Source: Candidatus Staskawiczbacteria bacterium (GTDB lineage Bacteria; Patescibacteriota; Minisyncoccia; Minisyncoccales; Staskawiczbacteraceae). Taken from it: a stretch of 64,000 nt of DNA. A program made the position numbers and the translations under genes. The notes beneath the pieces are model-generated. The model was not told the origin of the DNA. It ran no database searches and saw only the letters and a program-made list of their open reading frames with translations. The stretch spans positions 4,824 to 68,823 of the forward strand of contig JBAZYR010000005.1 in the NCBI GenBank assembly GCA_041659225.1, given 5' to 3'. Positions 55,297-64,000 of the stretch are shown piece by piece (position 1 is the first letter of the stretch; each line of letters opens with the position of its first letter).

Positions 55297-56913
55297 ATGC
55301 TTAAATACATTTTCGTAACGGGCGGAGTAATGTCAGGTGTTGGGAAAGGAGTCGCAACCGCATCGATATCTAAAATCCTACAATCCAATGGATTTAAGGT
55401 CACAGCAATAAAGATCGACCCCTACGTAAATGTTGACGCAGGTACAATGAGCCCCACTGAACACGGTGAGGTTTTTGTGTTGGATGACGGCATGGAATGC
55501 GACCAGGACATGGGAAACTACGAGAGGTTCTTGGATAAAAGCCTGTCCAGCGCCAATTACATGACCACCGGAAGCGTATACCTCTCGGTTATAACCAAAG
55601 AGCGCGAGATGGGCTACAAAGGAAAGCAGGTTGAGGTTGTGCCCAGGATTCCTCTTGAAGTAATTGATAGAATTAATAACGCCGCGAAAAAAGAGGGCGC
55701 AGAAATAGTGGCAATAGAAATCGGCGGTACAGTCGGGGAATATGAGAACCTATTGTTCCTGGAGGCCATAAGGTTATTAAAATTAAAACAGCCAAAAGAC
55801 GTGCTGACTGTTCTTGTCAGCTTTGTACCGGCCTTAGGCGCTGGCGGCACAGAACTTAAGACGAAGCCCACCCAGCACGCCGTTAGAAGCCTTAACTCAG
55901 TTGGAGTGCATCCTGATATCATCTTAGGCAGAGCAAATATTCCGCTAGACCAGCGCAGAAAGGAAAAAATCCAATTTATGTGCGGCCTTGACGAGGGCGA
56001 TGTTATCTCAGCGCCGAACGTGGAAAGTATATATGAAGTTCCGCTTAATTTCGAAAAAGATCATATCGGCGAGCGCATTCTTAAAAAGCTTTCTCTGAAA
56101 TCGCGAAAAAAGGACCTGACGCCGTGGCGCACGCTGGTCACGAATATCAAAAACCCGAAGAAAACAGTTAGGATCGGCATTGTTGGGAAATATTTTGGCA
56201 GCGGAGACTTTATCTTAACAGACTCATACATCTCTGTATTGGAATCCGTGAAACATGCTGCATATTTCTGGAAGTCAAAACCCATTATTGAATGGCTGGA
56301 TTCAGATGTCTACGAAAAAAATCCTTCAAAGTTAAAGGAACTTAAATCTTTTGACGGCATAATCGTACCGGGCGGATTTGGAAATAGGGGAGTGGAAGGA
56401 AAGATAAAAGCCATTGAATACTGCAGGGTTAATAAAATACCGTTTTTAGGGTTGTGCTTGGGAATGCAGCTGGCTGTAATTGAGTTTGCCCGGCATGTCT
56501 GCAAAATCGGGACTGCGAACTCATGCGAGTTCACAAAGAGTTGCGAACCTGTGATTGATGTTATGCCCGAGCAAAAAGCTTTGCTAGCTGAGAAAAAATA
56601 CGGGGCCACAATGCGTTTGGGCGCGTACGACTGCAAATTAAAACCCAAAACCAAAAGTTTTGGGGCATACAAAGTCGCGAATATCTCGGAGCGCCATCGC
56701 CACCGATATGAACTTAATAATGCCTACCGTGAAATCTTAGAAAAGAAAGGAATGGTAATGGCCGGTGTAAACCCGCAGAAGGATTTAGTGGAGATTATTG
56801 AATTGACCAATCATCCGTTCTTCGTTGGCACACAGTTCCATCCCGAATTTAAATCAAGACCGCTAAAACCGCACCCTCTGTTCCGGGAGTTTATACGAGC
56901 GAGTTTAAATTAA
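55297..56913 (+). CDS. pyrG: CTP synthase
   Basis: [44 protein letters not shown]. Confidence 0.95.
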   Translation: MLKYIFVTGGVMSGVGKGVATASISKILQSNGFKVTAIKIDPYVNVDAGTMSPTEHGEVFVLDDGMECDQDMGNYERFLDKSLSSANYMTTGSVYLSVITKEREMGYKGKQVEVVPRIPLEVIDRINNAAKKEGAEIVAIEIGGTVGEYENLLFLEAIRLLKLKQPKDVLTVLVSFVPALGAGGTELKTKPTQHAVRSLNSVGVHPDIILGRANIPLDQRRKEKIQFMCGLDEGDVISAPNVESIYEVPLNFEKDHIGERILKKLSLKSRKKDLTPWRTLVTNIKNPKKTVRIGIVGKYFGSGDFILTDSYISVLESVKHAAYFWKSKPIIEWLDSDVYEKNPSKLKELKSFDGIIVPGGFGNRGVEGKIKAIEYCRVNKIPFLGLCLGMQLAVIEFARHVCKIGTANSCEFTKSCEPVIDVMPEQKALLAEKKYGATMRLGAYDCKLKPKTKSFGAYKVANISERHRHRYELNNAYREILEKKGMVMAGVNPQKDLVEIIELTNHPFFVGTQFHPEFKSRPLKPHPLFREFIRASLN

Positions 56914-57182
56914 ATTACGTTAACAACGCTGACTTTACGGGTAGAGTTGTCGAATTTCTTCTTGGTTTTCGTGACGAAGTTAACAACGCCAGCTTTTTGA
57001 GCGTAAAGAGTATCGTCGCTGCCGATCTTAACATTCTTTCCAGGAAGGAACTTAGTTCCACGCTGTCGTACGATAATCATACCAGCTTTTACTTTCTCAC
57101 CGGCATATGCTTTAATACCTAAACGCTGGGCGTTGGAATCTCTTCCCAGTCTGGACGTACCTGTTGCTTTAGTTTTTGACAT
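56910..57182 (-). CDS. rpmA: 50S ribosomal protein L27
   Basis: [42 protein letters not shown]. One of only two credible minus-strand genes (the other is the LAGLIDADG endonuclease at 58964-59452). Its 3' end overlaps the pyrG stop. Confidence 0.9.
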   Translation of the reverse strand: MSKTKATGTSRLGRDSNAQRLGIKAYAGEKVKAGMIIVRQRGTKFLPGKNVKIGSDDTLYAQKAGVVNFVTKTKKKFDNSTRKVSVVNVI

Positions 57183-57207
57183 AGTTTTGTATAATTTAAG
57201 TATCTAT

Positions 57208-57360
57208 ATGTTATCAAAAGTTATTGGTTTTGTCAAAAGATATAGGACCGATATCTTGCTGGTTATTGCTGTTGTTCTGCTGATTCTTCTGGCTTTTAGC
57301 TTTGGTTTTATTGCAGCAAACTATTGCAACCAGCAGCCTATTGAATTTATACAACAATGA
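57208..57360 (+). CDS. small single-TM protein
   Basis: The first part of the listed ORF (57133) is antisense to rpmA. The ATG at 57208 gives MLSKVIGFVKRYRTDILLVIAVVLLILLAFSFGFIAANY... Its stop overlaps the next start (ATGA). Confidence 0.35.
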   Translation: MLSKVIGFVKRYRTDILLVIAVVLLILLAFSFGFIAANYCNQQPIEFIQQ

Positions 57361-58289
57361 AAATAGCAATTATTGGGGCTGGAACCTGCGGGCTATACCT
57401 TGCGTGGAAGCTGGCGAAGAAAAAACACGAGGTGGTTGTATTCGAGAAAAGCAATACAGTTGGCGAGAAAGCCTGCTCTGGTTTGTTTTCTGAACGCATC
57501 CTCGACTTTGTGCCAAAATCCAAGGCCTTAATTGAGAATGAGATTAGCTCGGTCCTTATTCATTTTCCAAAAAAAACCGTGAAGGTACACTTTTCTAAAA
57601 AGTTCTTGCTTATGAGTCATTCGAAGCTAGATGAATTGCTATCTGGCTTAGCTAAACAAGCCGGGGTTCGAATTGTTTTTAACTGCAATGTTTTAGAACT
57701 GCCAACTGATTTTGACCGCATAATAGGCTGCGACGGCGCCGCTTCATTCACACGAAAAAACATGGGCCTGGCGGATCCTTCACTACGGCTTGGAATTCAG
57801 GGATTTTCAACGGCAACTCTAAAAGATGATTTTGTTGAAACCTGGCCATGTAAAAATGGATTCATTTGGAAGATACCGCGGAAAGAAAATATTGAATATG
57901 GAATAATGGCTGATACGGATACGGCATACCGAATATTTAACGAGTTTACCCGCCAAGAGGGGATCAATTTAACGGACATTAAATCAAAAATTATCCCGCA
58001 GGGATTAGTGATTGCAGAACATGAAAAAATGACTCTGTGCGGTGATTCAGCCGGCATGACCAAACCTTGGTCCGGTGGGGGAGTGATTTGGGGTTTGATT
58101 GCCGCCGACATGCTTCTGGAAAGCTTTCCGAACTTTAACGATTATGTGCAAAAGACAAAGAAATTCTTTTCCCTTAAAATTTTTCTCTCACAAATGTTAA
58201 TTAAATTCATCTATTTTCTTGGTTTTAACCTGCCTTTCCTTCTGCCGAAGAGTAACAAGATAGAAGCAGATTTCATCTTTAAGAGTTGA
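57357..58289 (+). CDS. FAD-dependent oxidoreductase (geranylgeranyl-reductase-like)
   Basis: KIAIIGAGTCGLYLAWKLAKKKHEVVVFEK Rossmann GxGxxG and a later GDSAG block. Confidence 0.6.
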   Translation: MKIAIIGAGTCGLYLAWKLAKKKHEVVVFEKSNTVGEKACSGLFSERILDFVPKSKALIENEISSVLIHFPKKTVKVHFSKKFLLMSHSKLDELLSGLAKQAGVRIVFNCNVLELPTDFDRIIGCDGAASFTRKNMGLADPSLRLGIQGFSTATLKDDFVETWPCKNGFIWKIPRKENIEYGIMADTDTAYRIFNEFTRQEGINLTDIKSKIIPQGLVIAEHEKMTLCGDSAGMTKPWSGGGVIWGLIAADMLLESFPNFNDYVQKTKKFFSLKIFLSQMLIKFIYFLGFNLPFLLPKSNKIEADFIFKS

Positions 58290-58371
58290 CATTATCCCGT
58301 TTTGTTATAATATATAACCGTATCGCCGCTCGTTTAAAACCTGTTTAAAACCTACGAAAGGCGGTGTCCTC

Positions 58372-58923
58372 GTGAGTATTGTTCCAAATCACAGAAAGAA
58401 CGTTTTGCAGGGTCCCGGGAAGGTAACCATAATGCCGACCATCGACAAGGAAGGCAAACCGTCATCCTGCGGCCTGTTCGAAATCGGCGGCATGAAATTC
58501 CTTTCCGGCCGGATACTTGCGCAAAGCCATGCGCATGTTAGTTTAATGAAAAAAACTATGCGGAAAGTGACTCCGCAACTAATCAGCACGTACTTTAAAA
58601 AGTCCGGGCTGACGCTTCAGGATTTCTTTACTGATAACCCCGAACGGACTCTCCAATACTTCGGGGAACTTTGCGCGAAAATCATCAAAAGAGCTACTGA
58701 AAAGAAAATAACCGACATCCCCGCGGTAATAGATCACCTGCAGGAGTGGAAATCCACACTTGAGAATGGAGCCCCGAAACCCCTCTGGGATAAACTGCAC
58801 GATACAATCGTGACTCTACAGGATTTAGTCCCAGACGCTGATGACCTTGATCGCGATCCCGAGGATGAGCCACTCTTAACGATCGAACAATTGGCCGAAC
58901 TGCAAAAAGAAAAACACGAATGA
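58372..58923 (+). CDS. hypothetical protein with acidic C-terminus (GC-rich cassette F)
   Basis: GTG start. TTGACA at 58286 upstream with an AT-rich -10 region. No recognisable motif. Tail DADDLDRDPEDEPLL. Confidence 0.35.
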   Translation: MSIVPNHRKNVLQGPGKVTIMPTIDKEGKPSSCGLFEIGGMKFLSGRILAQSHAHVSLMKKTMRKVTPQLISTYFKKSGLTLQDFFTDNPERTLQYFGELCAKIIKRATEKKITDIPAVIDHLQEWKSTLENGAPKPLWDKLHDTIVTLQDLVPDADDLDRDPEDEPLLTIEQLAELQKEKHE

Positions 58924-58934
58924 GCACACCCCAT

Positions 58935-58961
58935 AAAAATAGCCGACATCGTCGGCTTTTC
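58935..58961. terminator. bidirectional intrinsic terminator between convergent genes
   Basis: aaaaat, then AGCCGAC-atc-GTCGGCT, then tttt. A-run and T-run on either side. Confidence 0.65.
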
Positions 58962-58963
58962 GC

Positions 58964-59452
58964 TTATACGGATTGAGCGAATGTTTCAGCCATTGAGAGA
59001 TACTTTGCTTTCTTGGGCCTGCTTTTGTATTTTGCGATATCCTTATGAATCGCCATTAGTTTTTGGAAATCACCGGGAATCCACGCAGCTAGGATTTTTC
59101 CTTTGTTCTTATAAATAATTTCAACTGCCTTGGACCAAGCTTGGAAATCATTTTTCTTTTTCCCTGATAAGGCGTGTTTTTTAAAATACGGAACAACGCA
59201 TTCATAGACCTCAGTTATATTCTGAACAGAATAACGGGCTTGATTTTTAACAACATGAACATTCCCGCATTGCAATGTATCACGGACAGATTCCAACACA
59301 TTACTCTGGGATGCGTTTTTTGTGATAATAAATTGAACCTTCCATCGGTAGTAAGTAGGGGAGTTGGTCCTATTTGCTTTAGTATCTTTCCGGAATTGAA
59401 GGTCAAAACAGCCTTCTTGGTTTACTATTTGTACAATATTTATTTTTTCCAT
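58964..59452 (-). CDS. LAGLIDADG-family homing endonuclease (free-standing)
   Basis: QIVNQEGCFDL (LAGLIDADG-type xxxGEGCF block), YRWKVQFIITKNASQSNVLESVRDTLQCG, YFKKHALSGKKKNDFQAW. AT-rich, unlike both flanking cassettes. Confidence 0.7.
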   Translation of the reverse strand: MEKINIVQIVNQEGCFDLQFRKDTKANRTNSPTYYRWKVQFIITKNASQSNVLESVRDTLQCGNVHVVKNQARYSVQNITEVYECVVPYFKKHALSGKKKNDFQAWSKAVEIIYKNKGKILAAWIPGDFQKLMAIHKDIAKYKSRPKKAKYLSMAETFAQSV

Positions 59453-59601
59453 ATATTCTTATTATATCATCAATATTTTTTGACGACTAGTCGCACAATA
59501 TTATATAACCTGCACAGAAAGAGTAGGGGAACACTAAAATTGACAAATTTAAGAACAAGGTGTATATTATACCCAGTTGTTTAACATCCGAAACCTAACT
59601 C

Positions 59602-59817
59602 ATGGAGGATAAAACCGTGCTTCGAATAGGAGAAGTCCGCATCAGTAGAATGCTGGGATGGCATTGCTATTCACCCGACAAGAGGGACGAAAATCAGACT
59701 CACGTGCCAGAAAGTTGCCTAGTGTGCAAGGAATCCTTCCAGGACGGCACTCCACAGGTAGTCGTTGAGGCTGCTGACGGAACGCGGCACAAAACGCATG
59801 TTGATTGTTTCGACTAG
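59602..59817 (+). CDS. small putative zinc-binding protein (cassette G)
   Basis: Promoter TTGACA (59540), 17-nt spacer, TATATT. CLVC ... HKTHVDC ligand pattern. No clear RBS. Confidence 0.3.
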   Translation: MEDKTVLRIGEVRISRMLGWHCYSPDKRDENQTHVPESCLVCKESFQDGTPQVVVEAADGTRHKTHVDCFD

Positions 59818-59834
59818 AAAGGAGGCATTTAAAT

Positions 59835-60182
59835 ATGGCTCATAAAATACCAACAATCTGCATAACGCGCGAGCCAATTACCGGTTTCTGCTATCCATTT
59901 TGTCGAGCGCTTCTCAACAAGCTCATTTCTCTGGCGCAGGAAGACAACCTTTTTGCCAAAGACGGCAAGCACGCATCAGAGAATCCTACGGGACAAAAAA
60001 ACGTCCATCTCATCGATAATACAACTCCTTTGTCACTAGGCCTCACCCCAATCGCAGACACTGTTATTAGAAACATCTGTGGTCAACTCAGGCTAGTGAT
60101 GATAACAAAGTCTTCAGCTCAGCAAGTCGGCTCTTTTATCGACATGGTACGAGAGTTCCTCGATATTTTTGAAAAAGAATAA
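59835..60182 (+). CDS. hypothetical protein (cassette G)
   Basis: The ATG at 59835 is preceded by AAAGGAGG (the listed start at 59805 overlaps the previous ORF). 115 aa with no motif. Confidence 0.35.
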   Translation: MAHKIPTICITREPITGFCYPFCRALLNKLISLAQEDNLFAKDGKHASENPTGQKNVHLIDNTTPLSLGLTPIADTVIRNICGQLRLVMITKSSAQQVGSFIDMVREFLDIFEKE

Positions 60183-60202
60183 ACAAGCACCACTAAGTAT
60201 AT

Positions 60203-60238
60203 GCGCCAAAAGTCCCCGGACCCAGGCGCTGTTTTTTT
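60203..60238 (+). terminator. intrinsic terminator of cassette G
   Basis: GCGCC, 17-nt loop, GGCGC, followed by tgttttttt. Confidence 0.6.
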
Positions 60239-60447
60239 GTTCGCTTAACATATATGTGAGGAGCTAATTGTGTCGACCTGAAACTTCGTAATACGGCTGT
60301 TGTGCGAAAATAATATAAATTCCTGAACCCGTTACGCCAACATTTTAAGGCGGTTTTTAGTTTGACAAACATAGCGGTTTGCCATATTGTACAGTGTAAT
60401 GGCGTGTGCCATATCACAGCTTTTTTAAAACACAATTTCGCTGCCAC

Positions 60448-61017
60448 ATGGCAGAGAGGAGGCTCGAGGTGAAGAATTTCATCGTACTAGAAGGCTTGAG
60501 CGGAAGCGGAAAAACAACCATCGGTAAACTATTAGCCGAACGTATGGGGGCTGATTTTTACAAAACTCCGCCGGCAGTTTTCCGGTCTATTCGGGATGAA
60601 GTCGATCGGACCGCCGGCACGATGTCCCGTTTCTTTTTCTATCTGTCAGGAACTCTTTTATCTTCTCAAGAGATCTCACGGATTCTGGAGAATAGAGACG
60701 TGATTTGCGACCGATATATTTACACCACCATATGTTATCATCTGGCCATAGGGCTGGACTTCGAAATACCGGCCGCGCTTTTCCAGCAAATCGTCATGCC
60801 CAACCATTTTTTTCTGGTAACCTGTCGCGAAGAAACTAGAATTAAAAGACTGAGCGCAAGGGGGATGACCGCAAACGACATAGCCGAAAGAAAAGAGGGA
60901 ATTGAAGCGCGATTCATCGCCGAGTACAGGAAATTCAAGCCGGTTGAGATCGACAACTCAGGGAACAGCCCCGAGTATGCTGTTGAGCAAATCATGGGCA
61001 TCGTCGGAAGAGGTTGA
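60448..61017 (+). CDS. thymidylate-kinase-like (dNMP kinase family) P-loop protein (cassette H)
   Basis: Promoter TTGACA (60362), 17-nt spacer, TATTGT. FIVLEGLSGSGKTT (Tmk-type P-loop) and CDRYIYTTICYH (compare DRYxxSxxAYQ). An alternative GTG start at 60469 has a GGAGG RBS. Confidence 0.55.
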   Translation: MAERRLEVKNFIVLEGLSGSGKTTIGKLLAERMGADFYKTPPAVFRSIRDEVDRTAGTMSRFFFYLSGTLLSSQEISRILENRDVICDRYIYTTICYHLAIGLDFEIPAALFQQIVMPNHFFLVTCREETRIKRLSARGMTANDIAERKEGIEARFIAEYRKFKPVEIDNSGNSPEYAVEQIMGIVGRG

Positions 61018-61021
61018 AACC

Positions 61022-61627
61022 ATGAAAAAGATTATCTTAACAGGTGGAACATCCGGCGGGAAAACAACAATTCTAGAGAGGTTAAAAAAACGCTTCAATC
61101 GCAATGCCGTTTTTGTCCGAGAGACAGCAACACTGTTACTCGAAGGCGGCTATCCAAAACCGGGTGATTTATTGCCCTGGAGCCAAGACTGGCATTTATT
61201 ATTTGAAGATGCGGTCTTCTATCTGCAGAGATCTTTGGAAGATGCCAGTTCATTAGTAGCACGACACCAAAACTGCGACTTGATTATCTGCGACCGCGGC
61301 CTTCTCGACGTGGCCGGACATCTGCCCGGAGGAAGGGCACAGTTCTGCTGCCGGTACGACACGACGGAAGAAGAATCTCTGTCGCGATATGATGTCGTCA
61401 TTCATTTAGTCTCATTTGCCATGTTCGACCCTACCGGGTATTCCGCAGTGGCGGAAACTAGGTGGGGGAACTCACATCTTTCATCACTCGAGTACGCTCA
61501 TTGTACTGAAAGGGCAACGTTAGACGCTTGGTCTAATCACAAAAGAAGATATATAGTGGGCGGTCAAGGAAACATCGATCGTAAAACAGCGGAAGTAATC
61601 GAAATCATTGAGCGCGCTATTGCATGA
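61022..61627 (+). CDS. AAA_28/NadR-NRK-like P-loop NTPase or kinase (cassette H)
   Basis: KIILTGGTSGGKTTILERL P-loop and ICDRGLLDVAGH. The ATG lies 4 nt after the upstream stop. The listed 60902 start is out-of-frame overlap. Confidence 0.45.
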   Translation: MKKIILTGGTSGGKTTILERLKKRFNRNAVFVRETATLLLEGGYPKPGDLLPWSQDWHLLFEDAVFYLQRSLEDASSLVARHQNCDLIICDRGLLDVAGHLPGGRAQFCCRYDTTEEESLSRYDVVIHLVSFAMFDPTGYSAVAETRWGNSHLSSLEYAHCTERATLDAWSNHKRRYIVGGQGNIDRKTAEVIEIIERAIA

Positions 61628-61787
61628 ATACGCGCTCTTTTCTTAAATCAGTATCTGGCGACTTGTAATTTAGGCGCAGAAAGGGCAAAATATATTAACG
61701 AATAATTGGAAACTGCCCCCTGTCAGAGACGGTTTCCGCCCTCTATGCCGAACCGGAGAAACGAAGATAAAGGTAACAAGTTTTTGT

Positions 61788-63494
61788 ATGCAGAAAAATA
61801 ATATTTTAGACATTTATAAAAAAATCTATGACCTACCGGAACTTTCTCAAACCGAAAAGGTGGATTTTAATTTTTTCCGATTATGCGAAAAAAACTATAA
61901 TTTTGTCGTAGTCAGCGCGTACAATGAAAAACATGAATTTCTTCTGACTAGAGATCTTAACAAAGATATCGGTTGGGAATTAGTTGGAGGGTATATAAAA
62001 GACGGGGAAAACATTATAGACGCCGCAAACCGGGTCGTTTTAAAGGAGACAGGCCTCATCATAGATGAGTTGCAGCCCATAGCAATTATTAATAATAATT
62101 TCAAATTTAATAATGGGATTATCACCCATCGGGGAATCGCATTTATTGCGTTATCTCGGAAGAAGATCAAACCACAGCCGGAAAACATCAAAGTGATATA
62201 CACAGAAGATGCGCCCGACAAAATGGCATATTACAATAAAGAAATATTCAAAATTGCGAAAGAAATATTAACGATAAAAAACTTTAACCCGCCATATGAT
62301 GAAATCGACAGCGCTAAAAAGTTTTTACCGTTGCACCTAATTAATAAGTATTTTATTAGTATAGTCGGACAGATATCATCCAGAAAAATAAAGAAACGTA
62401 TACTAGGCCTGATCTCTTCAAACCCCAAGTCGATAATAGATGTATGTTGCGGTGACGACAGCTTTATTTTCCAGCTTGAGCGGCGGTACAAGCCCGAAAT
62501 TTTTGTCGCCAATGACATCTCCTGGAAAACTTTGCTACTATTAAAAAATCGGAACAAAAAGAGCGACATAATTTTTACTAATCACAACGTGATTGATTTG
62601 CCCTTTCAGGATAAGTTTGACCTGGTGATATTTAAAAATAGTCTTCATCATATAGATAGGGGGGATCAAGCCGATTTAGTGAAAAACTTTTCTGACATAT
62701 CGAAAGAGCTAATAGTTGTCGATATTGAAGATCCTAACAGGTCTAATTTCCTTTCGAAAATATGGCACTATTACTATGTATATTTTCTTGGAGACGTAGG
62801 AGGAAATTTTTTCACATATGGCGAGTTCAAGGAATTTATAAAAAACAACATAAAAGGCAAGGAAATAAAATTCGGAGTCATTGACACTATTAAGGGAAGA
62901 TATTTCTATTCGGTTCTGAGAGAAAAGGCCAACATGGAAGAGGTAGAAATAAAAGTTAAACTGAATGACAGCTCGGTTAAGGAGGTGCGGAAAGAGTTAT
63001 ACAAATTAGGTGCGATACTAGACGGTGAGGACGAAGAAAGGGACACGTATTTTACTGCCCCACATCGGGATTTTATTAAAACAAAAGAGTGTCTTAGGAT
63101 ACGGGAGAAGGGTGCCTATACCGAACTCACATATAAAGGGCCGACTACAAAAGAAATGCTGAAGAAAAAACAATTTTGGAAGCCTGAAATCAACATTCCA
63201 TTCAAAGGTAACCGGGATGATGTGGAAACGATGCTCGAGATGTTAAGCTTTAAAAAAGTGGTTGATTTCACCAAACATCGAGAAAAATTCTTGTTAGGCG
63301 CGAAAACCATAACCATCGATAAAATAGGTGATTTAGGATATTTTCTCGAGATAGAAGAAGTTGTTAGAACAAAGAAAGATAGGGAAAGGGTTTTGGAGGA
63401 AAATATTGAATTTCTGGATGTTTTTAAGCTATCTAAAAAAGATATTGTTGAGAAGCCTTATCGGGACCTAGTTATTGAATCTAATAAAAGCTAG
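61788..63494 (+). CDS. three-domain fusion: NUDIX hydrolase, class I SAM methyltransferase, CYTH (CyaB/triphosphatase-like)
   Basis: NUDIX box GGYIKDGENIIDAANRVVLKETGL. MTase motif I IIDVCCGDDSF plus FDLVIFKNSLHH. C-terminal CYTH signature start MEEVEIKVKL with later RIREKG..ELTYKG and LEIEE. Confidence 0.6.
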   Translation: MQKNNILDIYKKIYDLPELSQTEKVDFNFFRLCEKNYNFVVVSAYNEKHEFLLTRDLNKDIGWELVGGYIKDGENIIDAANRVVLKETGLIIDELQPIAIINNNFKFNNGIITHRGIAFIALSRKKIKPQPENIKVIYTEDAPDKMAYYNKEIFKIAKEILTIKNFNPPYDEIDSAKKFLPLHLINKYFISIVGQISSRKIKKRILGLISSNPKSIIDVCCGDDSFIFQLERRYKPEIFVANDISWKTLLLLKNRNKKSDIIFTNHNVIDLPFQDKFDLVIFKNSLHHIDRGDQADLVKNFSDISKELIVVDIEDPNRSNFLSKIWHYYYVYFLGDVGGNFFTYGEFKEFIKNNIKGKEIKFGVIDTIKGRYFYSVLREKANMEEVEIKVKLNDSSVKEVRKELYKLGAILDGEDEERDTYFTAPHRDFIKTKECLRIREKGAYTELTYKGPTTKEMLKKKQFWKPEINIPFKGNRDDVETMLEMLSFKKVVDFTKHREKFLLGAKTITIDKIGDLGYFLEIEEVVRTKKDRERVLEENIEFLDVFKLSKKDIVEKPYRDLVIESNKS

Positions 63495-63603
63495 AGATTT
63501 AATCCACCCTCTGTTTGTTGACAAATAGTAGCTTTGTAATATAATAACAAAGCCCTTTGAAATATAAGAAATGTCTTTCCAGATAAAAGTGAAAGGAGAC
63601 AAC

Positions 63604-64000
63604 ATGTTCTATTTCTTAAGCGATGACCTTACAAAACTACGGGAAATAATCAAAAAAGTAAGAGAAGAACTCGACGCAGCTCTCAAAAGCATTGGAGACG
63701 CCTGCGAAGGGGAGTCCAATACTTGGCATGATAACTTCGCGTATGAAGAAGGCCAGCGCCAGGTGGACATGGTATCAAGACGATATCAGGAGCTGCAGAC
63801 GATGTTTATGAACGTTGCTGTCATAGACCCCCCAAAGGATAATCTCAAAGTTCAGATCGGCCACACAGTTGTTGTTAAAGACCCTTACGAGAAAGAAGAT
63901 CAAGTATACAGGATTGGCAGCTATATGTGCTTTCAGGAAGACGAAAATGAAGATGGAGGTGATCAGGTTATCTCCTATGCCGCACCGCTTGGGCAGCTTT
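63604..64000 (+). CDS. GreA/GreB-family-like protein, 3'-truncated by window edge
   Basis: Promoter TTGACA, 16-nt spacer, TATAAT. RBS AAAGGAG. Coiled-coil N-terminus with WHDNFAYEEGQRQ (compare ENAEY..Ak.eQ), then IGHTVVVKD...YRIGS...ISYAAPLGQ, a Gre C-terminal-domain-like pattern. Confidence 0.5.
   Translation, partial: MFYFLSDDLTKLREIIKKVREELDAALKSIGDACEGESNTWHDNFAYEEGQRQVDMVSRRYQELQTMFMNVAVIDPPKDNLKVQIGHTVVVKDPYEKEDQVYRIGSYMCFQEDENEDGGDQVISYAAPLGQL

Overview
Low-GC, gene-dense segment, almost entirely on the plus strand. The gene content looks like a small-genome, CPR/Patescibacteria-like bacterium (inference). It includes a minimal atpBEFHAGDC operon, hrcA-grpE-dnaK-dnaJ, typA, rlmN, pyrG, guaA, rplI, rpmA and greA, plus DUF2419/DUF5667/DUF4870-type proteins and shortened HrcA and AtpC. 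Housekeeping genes show no visible Shine-Dalgarno. Many sit just downstream of extended -10 promoters (TGGTAGAAT/TGGTATAAT). Two tRNAs are present (Lys-UUU, Ala-GGC). I saw no rRNA, CRISPR array, transposase or integrase. The unusual property is a mosaic: the AT-rich backbone is interrupted about ten times by short, visibly GC-richer, self-contained cassettes. Most have their own TTGACA/TATAAT-type promoter, strong AGGAG ribosome-binding sites and hairpin-plus-T terminators, and they encode mostly unrecognisable proteins. Cassette contents: (1) an orphan secretin; (2) a YqiJ/NfeD-flotillin operon with a divergent beta-carbonic-anhydrase-like gene, flanked by two ORF-poor, hairpin-dense promoter-to-terminator units (candidate large RNA, micro-ORFs); (3) a second beta-CA-like gene joined directly to the end of the atp operon; (4) two tandem pairs of small paralogs; (5) three P-loop nucleotide-kinase-like genes; (6) several Cys-rich small proteins. 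Also present are two LAGLIDADG-type and one GIY-YIG endonuclease genes, a translationally coupled PD-(D/E)XK nuclease/PIF1 helicase pair, and a NUDIX-methyltransferase-CYTH fusion. All functional calls come from motif recognition by eye; no searches were run.
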